Source: Octopus sinensis (lineage: Eukaryota). From it: DNA of 64,000 nucleotides. Below, one piece after another: positions 12,983 to 25,499 of the stretch. How positions within the stretch are numbered: the first letter of the stretch is position 1; each line of letters starts with the position of its first letter. The position numbers were made by a program, and so were the translations under genes. The notes below the pieces were generated by a model, which made no database searches, was not told where the DNA came from, and worked only from the letters and a program-made list of their open reading frames with translations. The DNA is taken from the NCBI RefSeq assembly GCF_006345805.1, contig NC_042997.1, positions 103,540,001 to 103,604,000 of the forward strand, in the 5' to 3' direction.

Positions 12983-13805
12983 GAATTTGGCTAAAATGAG
13001 GCAATGAGAATTTGGTTAAAATGAGGCAATGAGAATTTGGTTAAAATGAGGCGATGAGAATTTGGTTAAAATGAGACGATGAGAATTTGGTTAAAATGAG
13101 GTGATGAGAATTTGGTTAAAATGAGGCGATGAGAATTTGGTTAAAATGAGGCGATGAGAATTTGGTTAAAATGAAGCGATAAGAATTTGGTTAAAATGAG
13201 GCGATGAGAATTTGGTTAAAATGAGGCGATGAGAATTTGGTTAAAATGAGGCGATGAGAATTTGGTTAAAATGAGGCGATGAGAATTTGGTTAAAATGAA
13301 GCGATAAGAATTTGGTTAAAATGAGGCGATGAGAATTTGGTTAAAATGAGGCGATGAGAATTTGGTTAAAATGAGGCGATGAGAATTTGGTTAAAATGAG
13401 GCGATGAGAATTTGGTTAAAATGAGGCGATGAGAATTTGGTTAAAATGAGACGATGAGAATTTGGTTAAAATGAGGTGATGAGAATTTGGTTAAAATGAG
13501 GCGATGAGAATTTGTTAAAATGAGGCGATGAGAATTTGGTTAAAATGAAGCGATAGAATTTGGTTAAAATGAGGCGATGAGAATTTGGTTAAAATGAGGC
13601 GATGAGAATTTGGTAAAATGAGGCGATGAGAATTTGGTTAAAATGAGGCGATGAGAATTTGGTTAAAATGAGGCGATGAGAATTTGGTTAAAATGAGACG
13701 ATGAGAATTTGGTTAAAATGAGGTGATGAGAATTTGGTTAAAATGAGGCGATGAGAATTTGGTTAAAATGAGGCGATGAGAATTTGGTTAAAATGAGGCG
13801 ATGAG
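12983..13805 (+). repeat. 25-bp minisatellite (gagaatttggttaaaatgaggcgat), about 33 copies
   Basis: Contiguous tandem units with no spacers. Confidence 0.95.
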
Positions 13806-14254
13806 CAATGAATAGAAGAATATTGAGCGAAACCTAGTAAGCAGTTGATCTAGCAAGCGGGGTTTCATCTCAGTAAAAAGTAGGGCAGGCGGTGCACAAT
13901 AATGCAGTCGAGAGGAAAGCTCCAAAACGGCTCGCATTCTCTCCTGATGACCCCACAAGCTTGCCAGCATCCGGTATGCGGAGCTTTCAACTGGTAGCAC
14001 TTGCATCTAAAGAAAGGAGTAAATATTGCAAGGTCAAATTAGATGGAAATAAATGAAGACCCGAACAACCTTCTCTACACTAGGACTACCAAGACTATTC
14101 TTCTATAGCTGTGGTCGGGGTTATGCCAAATTTTTGATTTATAAACAGACGAGAAAGCAAATAATCGTTCGTGAAATTGATTTACATAAATAGAATTTTC
14201 TGCCAAGAAGTGTGACAACCAAGAAGAAAGAATATGCGACCACACACACACACA

Positions 14255-14287
<33 letters not shown>

Positions 14288-14699
14288 CACACACACATAC
14301 ACACACACATACTCACACACACACACGCACACACACACACAGAGAAATATATATATATATACATACACATACATAAATTCGCATACATGCATATGTACAA
14401 ACGCCTACAGACACATTTATTTATACATATAAATAAATATACATGTATTCCCAACCACAAGTGTCTTCTGCTATATAGCCTCGGGCCGACCAAAGACTTG
14501 TGAGTAGCTCTGGTTGACGTCTTATATATGTATATATATATAGTTATAGTATATTCTTATATATGTATATATATATAGTTATAGTATATTCTGTTAAGAA
14601 CGCAGTAGAGTACAATATAAAGCTCGCTCGTCCACTTTCAGATTTAAATTGTGCTTTCCAGTAGTAGTATTATATGTGCTTCCAGGTTTACGTTTGGGC

Positions 14700-15130
14700 A
14701 TCTGTCGTATGTGAATAGATAATTGAAAAAATTGGAGTCAACAAGAAGGGTACGGTTGGACATTTATTTTTTAATCACTACAATTGTTTGCACGCAACGT
14801 AGTTCTCCAGGTGTGCAGGTACTTGATTAGGAAACTATTTCCCTGCAGTATGAGATCTAGTTGTGTTTCCTCAGGCGATATGTAAATATTGTCTCTATAA
14901 GTTTAAAATCCTTGGCTTCAAGAACACCCTATCTCTCTGTCGTTGCCTTAATTTAGTAGTAGTCACAGAGCCTATCAGGGTATGTTGTTGGTGAAGAGCC
15001 GTAGGCAAACTGCTTAGAATGCATAAATGTAGTGGAATGGTGATTCTCGTACTGTTAAAGTGGTTACCGTTTTAAAGAGATTGGTATTTTATTTCTTTGT
15101 ACTGTTGATTTGGTCTTCATAGTTGTTTAG
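14700..15130 (-). mobile_element. Penelope-like element 3' remnant (decayed GIY-YIG end plus pLTR with HHR-like motif)
   Basis: Minus strand gives ..HFNS.. and ..LKPRILN (decayed GIY-YIG C-terminus pattern), followed by an HHR-like motif at 14774-14879. Confidence 0.5.
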
Positions 15131-15602
15131 ACATACGATTCTCTTTAGCTGGTCTTTAAGATTCAACGCACGGACACATACACGCATATATGCGCGCGCG
15201 CGCACACACACACACATATATAAAATCTACACACACATATACATACGGATATATACACACGCTCACATATACGGATATGTACTCGCACTCACGTACATAT
15301 ATATAAGTACACCTACACTCGCTCGCATAAACATACACAGATGCTCGCGTGTGCATACACACATGTATACATATCTATTTACACACACACACACACTCAC
15401 ACCATACATATAAATTAAAAAAGAGTAGCTCACAAATTAAAAAGGAGTAGCTTATTAGCAAATACAATCTAAAGGCGAAATTAATAGAGGTAAAAAAAGT
15501 GACAGATGGTACTGGCTAGCACAGTTTTTGTTAAAATAACTCAAAGCCACAAGAGCACTGAACTTAATGACTGATAAAGAGAGGTAAGTCCCCAGCGTGC
15601 AT

Positions 15603-15658
15603 AGCCGGATCGCAATTTCGGATTTTGATGCAGGCCATCTTAATCTTCATCAGCGACT
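15603..15658 (-). ncRNA. Type I hammerhead ribozyme motif
   Basis: agtcg-CTGATGA-agatt..gatg..catc..aatcc-GAAA-ttgcga-TC-cggct; stem I agtcg/cggct. Confidence 0.75.
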
Positions 15659-15842
15659 CTTAAAGCCCAGAGTTAAACACGACTGCCTCTATCAGTATTA
15701 CGAGAAAAACCGTTGAAAACGTGCTGATTTTCAAAACGGTAAAAGTGTAAACAATAAATTAAAAAGGGGGGCTTATTAGCAATTAAAGCATAAAGGCAAA
15801 ATTAATAGAGGTCACAAAAGTGACTATATATATATATATATA

Positions 15843-15997
15843 TTTTCTCTCCTTGTTTTTCTGCATCCCTTTCTGTAGAAGAGTGTAGCCTCGAAACGTA
15901 AAAGACTTTTTCTATTTCTGAGCGTTATCCTAATACACCTGTTTGTTTTGTACACCACCTGTCTTCGTCTTTTGTTTTTTTTCGTAAACTCTCCCTA
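15843..15997 (+). repeat. Short repeat family with variant HHR-like core; second copy at 51953-52115 (-)
   Basis: cttt-ctgtagaa-gagtgtagcctc-gaaa-cg-ta-aaag; the flanking sequence is also shared with 51953-52115. Confidence 0.6.
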
Positions 15998-16344
15998 TAT
16001 AACGTAAAGTATACTAGCCATCTCAATATAGCTAACCACTAAGGTAGCTTTTAGCCTCAGGAGATCATCGTCTCCAGCTGGCTTTAGGCACACTTTCTGT
16101 GCCCTTATGGTATTTGCAAAGGGAGGTCATCCCTCTCTCGTCAACCTAAGTGATACGCACGGACTGCAGTTTCTAGGTATTTACCTGTCTTCGGCGTACG
16201 GCAATCACCGGTTTTCAATGAATTTATCTTTATTATGATCAAGTGATCATAGAATTGGGACATTACAGGACAAAACAATTACAAAAATGCTATGCGAGTT
16301 CGAATGAAATTATAAAAATTACAAAATGAAATTTTATGTAACTT

Positions 16345-17382
16345 GTAAATTTTCCCCCAAAAATTAAAAAAAAAATTTTTTTGAAAATTTTCCCTAAAAA
16401 TTTCTCAAAAAATTTTTTCAAAGTTTTCCTCAAAGATTTTTTGAATAATTCTTTGAAAATTTTCTCTAAAAATTTTTGAAAAGTTTCCTCAAAAGTTTTT
16501 GAAAATTTTTCCCAAAAAATTTTGAAAATCATCCCCCAAAATTTTCCTCAGATTTTTTGAAAAATTTTTTGAAAATTTTCCCTAAAAGTTTCCTCAAAAG
16601 TTTTTGAAAATCTTTCCCAAAAAATTTTGAAAATCATCCACAAAAGTTTTTGAAAAATTTTTTGAAAATATTTCTGAAAAATTTTTGAATATTTTCCCCA
16701 AAAATTTTGAAAATCATCCCCAAAAATTTTTGAAAAATTTTTTGAAAATATTTCTGAAAAATTTTTGAATATTTTCCCAAAAAATTTTTGAAAATTTTCC
16801 TCAAAAAGTTTTGAAAATTTTTCACAAAAATTTTTGAAAAATCTTTTGAAAATTTCTCCTCAAAATTTTTTGAAAATTTTCCCCCAAAATTTTCAAAAAA
16901 TTTTTCAAAACATTTAGGAGAAAATTTTTCAAAAATTTTTAAGGAAAATTTTCAAAATATTTTTCAAAAATTTTTGGGGAAAATTTGCTCAAAAATTTTT
17001 GAAAAACTTTTGAGCAAATTCTCCCCCAAAATTTTCAAAAAATTTTCCAAAAATTTTTGGGAAAATTTTTGAAAAAGTGCTTGGGGAAACTTTTCAAAAA
17101 AATTTTCGAAAATTTTGGGGTAACATTTTCAAAAAATAAAAAAAAAAATTTGGGGGGAAAAGTTTCAAAAAATTTTCAAAAATTTTGGGTAAAATTAAAA
17201 AAAATTTTTTTTAATTTTTACGGAAAATTTTCAAAAATTTTTGAGGAAAATTTTCAAAAATTTTTGAGGAAAATTTTCAAAAATTTTTGAGGAAATTTTT
17301 CAAAAAAACCTTTCAAAAATTTTTGGGGGAAATTTTCAAAAATTTTTGACGAAAATTTAAAAAAACTTTTTCAAAAATTTTG
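16345..17382. repeat. A/T-tract low-complexity satellite with quasi-palindromic organisation
   Basis: Units like tttttgaaaattttcc; C-runs dominate the left half and G-runs the right half. Confidence 0.8.
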
Positions 17383-18415
17383 AATCGCTGTTGTTTTCCA
17401 TAATTAGACAATACCCCCACTCTTTTGACACAATTCAATGATGTAAGCGATCTCTGAGACAATGTGATGTTTTGACCATATTGTGTGTGTCCTTTTAATT
17501 AATTTTTTTTTAACTAAACACTTTCAAACTTTCGATACTGGTAGAATGTGTGACAGGGTTTACTCTTAACGTTTTGGATAACATTTTGTACTTTAGAAGT
17601 TATTTTCTCTGAAGTTACAAAGTGACAATGGACAAATTCGTGTTTGATAAGTGCCAATACACGAAACTCTCAGTTTTTGACTTACTCTCTAACTTCTGCC
17701 GATGATATATATACATATTACAAAAATCGAACCAATGAAAGAGCCTCTACCTGGTCGCTACACCCGTTAAAAATAGCAACCAAAGTAGTCCCCTACCTAA
17801 ATCACACGCCCATTGTATGTAATGTCCTAGATTATCCCTAAAAAGACGGTTTGCTGAAGGTTAGCATGTCTTTGATGATACGTTTTCAGTATCAGAGTTG
17901 ATTTGAGACTAAATAACAACATTATAGTCAATTTCTATATTAACACCCGCACGATTTTCACTAAGAAAAAAAAAAAAAAAGATTTTTTGCGTGGAATCAA
18001 GACCTTGACCTCCTAATGTGCTGCAAATCCCTTATTTTGGTTCGGAAAAAATTAGGTGGGGTTCACCCTCCCAATCCCGGAATCGATGGAAATGTGTTTT
18101 CGTTGAATGAATTCCTGTGACCGCCTAATATTGCAAAATTAGGTTACTTAAGGTGAGCCTGGTAACTGATCGTTTTGGGATCTTGTTGTTTGTAATTTTT
18201 GGTGATCCATGGGTGCAACGAACAACATGGTAAAAATCCCTGCCATAAATTTGGTGTAGATGGTTAATATCAAATAATTCAATCACAACATATATTTAAA
18301 TTCAACATGGATAAATTGAAATATTATTTTTCAGTATTTTCTAAGGTAAAAGCTTAAATTATTGACACACTATTACTTATCTTATAACAGCAATGTCTGG
18401 AAAAATCATGGATTG

Positions 18416-18916
18416 CATGGAAAAATGCAAGCATGAAAATAAGATTCTTAAGATTATAAACCTGGAAAAGTACAGGACAAGTTATTATACCTGTAAGAGT
18501 ATAGGACAAGCTATAACTTCAAGTAAAGAATAAGAAACTTTTTACTTAAAATATTGCAGCTAAAATTAAACTTTGAATATTAAAACTTATATTATTATAG
18601 TTTTCAAATAACACTATACATATTTAAGTACAATTTGGCTACTTTACTACATTAAATACAGAAAATAGTGACTAATTAGAAAAACTTGCAAATTAGCTGA
18701 ACAGTTTTGCGCAATAAAAGATGAGAACTCTAAAGAGTGATAAATTAGAAGAAGTGGCATTCTTTGGTGCAATATTTTAAGTAAAAAGTTTCTTATTCTT
18801 TATTTTACTTGAAGTAGTAGTTTGTCCTATACGTTTACAGGTGTAATAACTTGTCCCGTACTTTTCCAGGTTTATAATCTTAAGAATATTACTTTTCATG
18901 CTTGCATTTTTCCATG
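18416..18916. repeat. Foldback/MITE-like inverted repeat, about 145-bp arms
   Basis: 18416-18558 is the near reverse complement of 18768-18916. Confidence 0.85.
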
Positions 18917-18931
18917 TATATATATATATTA

Positions 18932-18963
<32 letters not shown>

Positions 18964-18969
18964 CTTGGA

Positions 18970-19290
18970 TGAAGGTGCATGGCTCAGTGGTTAGAGTGTC
19001 GAGCTTACGATCGTGAGGTTGTGAGTTCGAATCCCAGACCGGGCTGCGTGTTGTGTTCTTGAGTAAGAAACTTTATTTCACGTTGCTCCAGTTCACTCAG
19101 CTGTAGAAATGAGTTGCGATGTCACAGGTGCCAGGCTGTATCTGTTGTTGCCTTTCCTTTGGATAACACTGGTGGCGTGGAGAGGGGAGGCTGGTATGCA
19201 TGGGCAATTGCTGGTCTTCCATAAACAACCTTGCCCGGACTTGTGCCTGGGAAGGTAACTTTCCAGGTGCAATCCCACGGTCAGTCATGA
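18970..19290 (+). mobile_element. tRNA-derived SINE (family C head with a different tail)
   Basis: tggctcagtggttagag A box, gagttcgaatccc B box, CORE-like tgtgttcttgagtaagaaactt. Confidence 0.85.
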
Positions 19291-19916
19291 TGTGTGTGTA
19301 TATATATATATATATACATCTGTATGTGTATATATATATATGTATATATATATGCATATGTATGTATATATATGTATATACATATATATTTTTATACATA
19401 TGTATATATATATGTACATGTATATGCATATATATTTTTATACATATGTATATATATATGTACATGTATATGCATATATATTTTTATACATATGTATATA
19501 TATATATATATATACAGACATATATATATATGTATATATATGCATATATACATGCATATATAGGTATATATATATGCATATATATATGTGTATATAATTG
19601 TATATTTATATATATAAAATATAAATTAGAGATAAAACCACTATTATGCAACTCAATATAAGTCACCTGATGAGACACATCTGCATTTGTGATATACCTC
19701 AACTGTTTGTAAAGCATCTCATCAGCGAGGCACCGGTGCATGACAGGTCGAAATGAATGTATGTATATAAGTATGTATGTATGTATGTATGTATATTTAT
19801 TCATTTATTCATTTATTTTTTTAATTTATCTAGTTTCAGCTCACAAGCTGTGGCCATGCTGGGGCACCGCCATTTGGTGTTACACATACATATATATATC
19901 TGTGTATATATAAATG

Positions 19917-19967
<51 letters not shown>

Positions 19968-19969
<2 letters not shown>

Positions 19970-20320
19970 TTTACCCTTTTACTTGTTTCAGTCATTTGAC
20001 TGCGGCCATGCTGGAGCACCGCCTTTAACCGAGCAACTCGACCCCGGGACTTATTCTTTGTAAGCCCAGTACTTATTCTATCGGTCTCTTTTTGCCGGGG
20101 ACATAAACACACCAGCTAGGGGGACAAACACAAACACACAAACAGACACACATACATACATATATACGACGGGCTTCTTTCAGTTTCCGTCTACCAAATC
20201 GACTCACAAGGCTTTGGTCGGCCCGAGGCTATAGTAGAAGACACTTGCCCAAGTTGGGACTGAACCCGGAACCATGTGGTTGGTAAACAAGCTACTTACC
20301 ACACAGCCACTCCTGCGCCT
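19968..20320 (-). mobile_element. SINE family A, near full length with internal deletions
   Basis: Reverse complement of the 33050 copy; ends cagccactcctgcgcc. Confidence 0.9.
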
Positions 20321-20325
20321 ATATA

Positions 20326-20478
<153 letters not shown>

Positions 20479-20983
20479 GTATGGGGAGTTTTCGTCAGGA
20501 TAACTCAAACTAATAGGCATATTTTACTATTTTTTACCATTCGTTATGTAGCTAAATTAGATTGAATTAATTCAAATTAAATGTCCTTACCATGTCTTGC
20601 CTAATTCTTTGCTTTTCTTCACTACTTTAACACACACGGACACGCGCACGCGTATTTTAAATTTGCGTATACCCCTTGTAGTATGTCGTTTAAAGCCTGT
20701 TCACTGTATTCGGCTACCTGATGTCATCAACAGTATGCGTTGTAAATGACACTGAATTTACTTCAGGAAATTCTTTCATATCCGTAGCGTTTATAAAATA
20801 ACTCGAGTTTCTGATGTATACGAGTAGCGAACTTCAGCTACTCTAATCAAAATAACCAAACGGAGATTAAGTCACCTGATGAGACATATCTGCACCTGTG
20901 ATATGCCTCAACTGTTTGTAAAACATCTCATCAGCGAGGCACCGGTGCACGACAGGTCGAAATGCTTTGTATGTATGTATGTT

Positions 20984-21044
<61 letters not shown>

Positions 21045-21249
21045 TATATTTAAGAAGATGAATGAATTATCCTAGTATGGATAATTCGGTTAACCGATAC
21101 CTGGGTAGCAAATTCACGTCAGAAAACACGGTTGAAGCTATATACCAAGGGCAGGGATCCCGTGTTCTCGTGTGTAAATTTGTGTGTTTTTTTAACTATG
21201 AATAAATGAAAGAATGGAGTCGAACGACGATTTTAACAAAATTCCTTTA

Positions 21250-21332
21250 CTCTCGACACATGTTTCGAAAGCTGCATATTCCTAATTCCGAAGGAATAAA
21301 GAGTGCATTATGCCGCCATCTCATCAGGAAAG
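21250..21332 (-). ncRNA. Type I hammerhead ribozyme with long stem II
   Basis: ctttc-CTGATGA-gatggcggcata...tatgcagctttc-GAAA-catgtg-TC-gagag; lies in a repeat (21058-21345) homologous to 60410-60700. Confidence 0.8.
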
Positions 21333-21587
21333 ACAAGGAACTTATGCCAGCACCATGAATAGCAAAAACTTTTAGATGACTGCCCACATGATGTCCACAG
21401 TAATAATGAGTGTTTCTTTAAAATATCCCGTTATAAGCAATGACGTCAAAGTTGGTTGGATGGAGAATGTTCTAAAGAGTTCAAGAGTTCAAATTTGGTT
21501 GGGAGGAGAAAGCTCTAGGAAGGGGATAGAGAGCAAGCTGTATTGTATGGGGATGCGTGGGTGTATTCTATTGTTTATGAGTTTGAG

Positions 21588-21963
21588 TGCTTGCTAACCA
21601 ACCACATGGTTCCGGGTTCAGTCCCACTGCGTGGCATCTTGGACAGGTGTCTTCTGCTATAGCCCTGGGCCGACCAATGCCTTGTGAGTGGATTTGGTAG
21701 ACGGAAACTGAAAAAATCCTGTCGTATATATGTATATATATATGTGTGTGTGTTTGTGTGTCTGTATTTGTCCCCCTAGCATTGCTTGACAACCGATGCT
21801 GGTGTGTTTACGTCCCCGTCACTTGGCGGTTCGGCGAAAGAGACCGATAGAATAAGTACTGGGCTTACAATGAATAAGTCCCGGGGGTCGATTTGCTCGA
21901 CTAAAGGCGGTGCTCCAGCATGGCCGCAGTCAAATGACTGAAACAAGTAAAAGAGTAAAAGAG
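21588..21963 (+). mobile_element. SINE family A
   Basis: Near-identical to the 33050-33508 copy. Confidence 0.9.
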
Positions 21964-22012
21964 TATATATACAAATACATATATGTGCACATATATATAT
22001 ACATAAAAATAC

Positions 22013-22093
<81 letters not shown>

Positions 22094-22823
22094 TTGCGTG
22101 TTTGAGTGCGCATGCTTGCACATGAGAGTAATTATGTATATGGTTGCCTATATACATCAACTTAATATAAATATATACCGGAATATATTAAAGTTTGTCT
22201 CTCTCACTCGTTTTACACCTATACATTTATGAATATATAAATATATACGGAGGAAATGAATGAAAGAGACTCAGAAAAGAGACAGAGAAAGAAAAAGAGT
22301 GACAGAGATAAAGAGGAAAAGAAAACAAAGACAAACTGACATCAGCTATAATAAAGATGATAGAACTGATTTCATAGGATTGACACAGCAACAGCATTAA
22401 TCATGCAATATTTACCTGAAAAATAGTGATAAAAATAAAAGAGAATATATATTTAATACATAACCTTTACTTATCAGTTCTTTTTGATGTTTCAGCCATC
22501 GATATTTTGTCGAGATCCTCATTTTACATTACAAAGACTTTATCCACATTTTGTAATATTGTGTATGTGTGTGTGTGTGTGTGTGTGTGCGTGCGCGCGC
22601 GATTGTGTGGGATGGTTGGTGGTGGGTGGTTGAGAGAAAGAAAAAGGCAGGCGGAGGGAGTGAGAGAGAGAGAGAGAGAGAGAAAGACGGAGAGTGAGAG
22701 AGGGTGAGAGAGAAAGATTGACGCATCTCTGACCTCTTTTTATACATTAGTTTGTGTGTATGTGAGCGTGTCGAGTGCGTGGTGTGTGAATATATATATG
22801 CATATATATATGTATACATATAT

Positions 22824-22870
<47 letters not shown>

Positions 22871-23101
22871 ACATATATATATATATATAATATATATATA
22901 TATTATATATATATATATATGTATATATACACACACACACACACATACATATATATACATATATATATATATTATATATATATATATATATATAAACATT
23001 CGTATATCAATATATAACTAAAATATAATGATATGCCATTAAGAGTGCTTAATCATACATTTGAACTGGTATGTATGTAGATGCATGTATATATATATAT
23101 C

Positions 23102-23146
<45 letters not shown>

Positions 23147-23612
23147 GTGTAGACATATGCATTGAATTGTCAGATAAATTCGTTCGTTTCTTTCCAATGA
23201 ATAAACACGAAAATATATTATTGTAGTGTTTAATTTATTTTTGTAGTTCTGTTCTTCATCTCCAACTTGTGTTTATCGCTTTCGATTTGAATAAATTTTA
23301 CTTCTTTTCAGACATATGAGGATGGAATGCCAACTAGACAAAGTGAGCAGTTTCGACACTTGCTTCCTTTTTACTTTAAATCAAAGTCCCAAAGCTACCG
23401 AAGGCGCTCGAGACATTTGTGCAGTGTACAGAGAAGGCGCTGTTGCTGAAAGAAATGCAGAGAAACAGTTTTCATTCTTCGAGGAGTGGAAATTCAACCT
23501 CACTGGCCGATCTGTTCATTTCAACGCGGATCGAGTGAATGAGCTCATCCACGAGTATCCTTACCAATGCACAAGGGAAATGGTTCAGCAGATGGGATGT
23601 TCTCATGATACC

Positions 23613-23845
23613 TATTTCTTTATTACCCACAAGGGGCTAAACATAGAGGGGACAAACAAGGACAGACATAGGTATTAAGTCGATTACATCGACCCCAGTG
23701 CGTAACTGGTACTTTAATTTATCGACCCCGAAAGGATGAAAGGCAAAGTCGACCTCGGCGGAATTTGAACTCAGAACGTATCGGCAGACGAAATACCGCA
23801 AAGCATTTCGCCCGGCGTGCTAACCGTTCTGCCAGCTCGCCGCTG
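23613..23845 (-). mobile_element. SINE family B inserted in the mariner
   Basis: Full B head and tail; flanked by gttctc(a/g)tgatacc repeats. Confidence 0.9.
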
Positions 23846-23934
23846 TTCTCATGTTCTCGTGATACCGCCATTCTCACCTTCAATCCATTAGCAAGGTTCA
23901 AAAACTCGGTTCATGGAAGCTACACGCTCTAAAC

Positions 23935-24249
23935 CAGGGGCTCTCAACAATTTTTTTTCACCTATGATTCTTATTTTGTTTGGGTGAACCTCATAGCCAT
24001 CCGATGTTTAAAAAATCTGTGTATTTTTATAATTAAATATTATTAGGAATTGTACAAAAAATTGTTAAAATATTTTGTGTTGTGACGCATAATCAATCGT
24101 AAACTTTATTGATCTGAAGCACACTTTTTTCATGGCCCCTGAAAAATTATCGGAGACCTCCAATTTACTATACTGCACCTGTGGACCCCCACCCCCAAAT
24201 TATTATATGAACTTCCAGGGCCCATATGGACTCCGGTTGAGAACCTCTG
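23935..24249. mobile_element. hAT/Charlie-like MITE
   Basis: TIRs caggggctctcaac / gttgagaacctctg; 8-bp TSD ctctaaac / ttctaaac. Confidence 0.8.
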
Positions 24250-24773
24250 TTCTAAACGAAAAAGAAAAATTCCACCTCCCACGTCGTGAATCTGATCTAA
24301 ATGTTATTCAAGAGCTCGGTGGGGAAGTTCTACAGCACTCACCGTATTCTCTTCATATAGCATCTTCAGATAATCACCTCTTCTAGACACTTTCCAAAAG
24401 TCAGCGGGGCGATTCGTATAGCAACAAAGATGAACTGAAAACGTAGTTTGAAGAATTCTTCGTGACAAGACCAGGCGATTTCTACAATCAAGGCATCGAC
24501 AGACTCATGGAACGTAGTCAGGAAGACGTAAACAATGAAGGGAATATATTACTGATTTTGTTATAGTTGGGGACGGTCATTTTCTTTTGCTAATTATACA
24601 CACTCACTATTTATTCGATCTCCATTTTGGTTTATATTCGTATCATTTTTAGTTTATACGCCTGTCAAAGTTCTTTTGTCTCACATTCTCTGTCTTCATC
24701 AGTAACACTCTGTACCAGGTGTCTCCGATTGTCTTATTCCATTTTGTCTTTCTCTGGTATAAAAACGCATTAC

Positions 24774-24836
<63 letters not shown>

Positions 24837-24883
24837 GTCCTCCTCATCCTTCACTCTTGTGGCAAATTAATGAAATAATAATG

Positions 24884-24942
<59 letters not shown>

Positions 24943-24943
<1 letters not shown>

Positions 24944-25325
24944 GAGTGAGAGAGCAGTGTATGCCATCAAAGTGACACTGGGGTAAAATATACGAAGCCC
25001 AGTAGAGCCATCAGGACTACCCGTCTGATAAGGGTACACAAGTCACATGCATCACAACCATATGTGTGCGACAAGGTGATCTCCTATCAAGATAAATAGG
25101 ACCTGACCTTGCAGGTGGGGCCCAGTTAGAAATATTTTCAGGTCGAGTAGCCCATCCTGGTCAAAAGGTCCCCGAATAAACATGGCTATGATGCTCCCCC
25201 AGTACTTCTGCCAGTGATCAGAGATGCACATATCGTCAGCTACTAAGAGACATGCTAAACTGGTAATGGTCAAACAACCGACAAGCATATCTGTGGTATT
25301 GAGCAGAATATTTGTTGTAGCCCAT
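24943..25325. repeat. Unclassified GC-richer segment bounded by (TAA)n tracts
   Basis: Sharp composition change between TAA arrays, adjacent to the R4/Dong element. Confidence 0.4.
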
Positions 25326-25371
25326 GTTTTATATATTATTTATTATTTATTATTATTATTATTATTATTGT

Positions 25372-25426
<55 letters not shown>

Positions 25427-25499
25427 TAATAATAATAATAATATATATTATTATTATTATTATTATTATATTATTATTATTATTATTATTATTATATTA

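Larger units (their letters stand above)
23161..24560 (+). mobile_element. Decayed mariner transposon with nested SINE B and hAT-like MITE
   Basis: HTH-like KATEGARDICAVY; KLGSWKLHAL (cf. WVPHEL); ELGGEVLQHSPYSLHIASSDNHLF (cf. HPPYSPDLAPSDYHLF). Confidence 0.8.

Noticed and set aside
12983-13805. CRISPR-like array
   Set aside because: Units are contiguous with no unique spacers, there are no cas genes, and the context is eukaryotic
16290-17290. K/F-rich ORFs
   Set aside because: Translations of the A/T-tract satellite
18970-19045. tRNA genes at SINE heads (also 58710 and 5370-5440)
   Set aside because: They continue into SINE bodies and lack a paired acceptor stem
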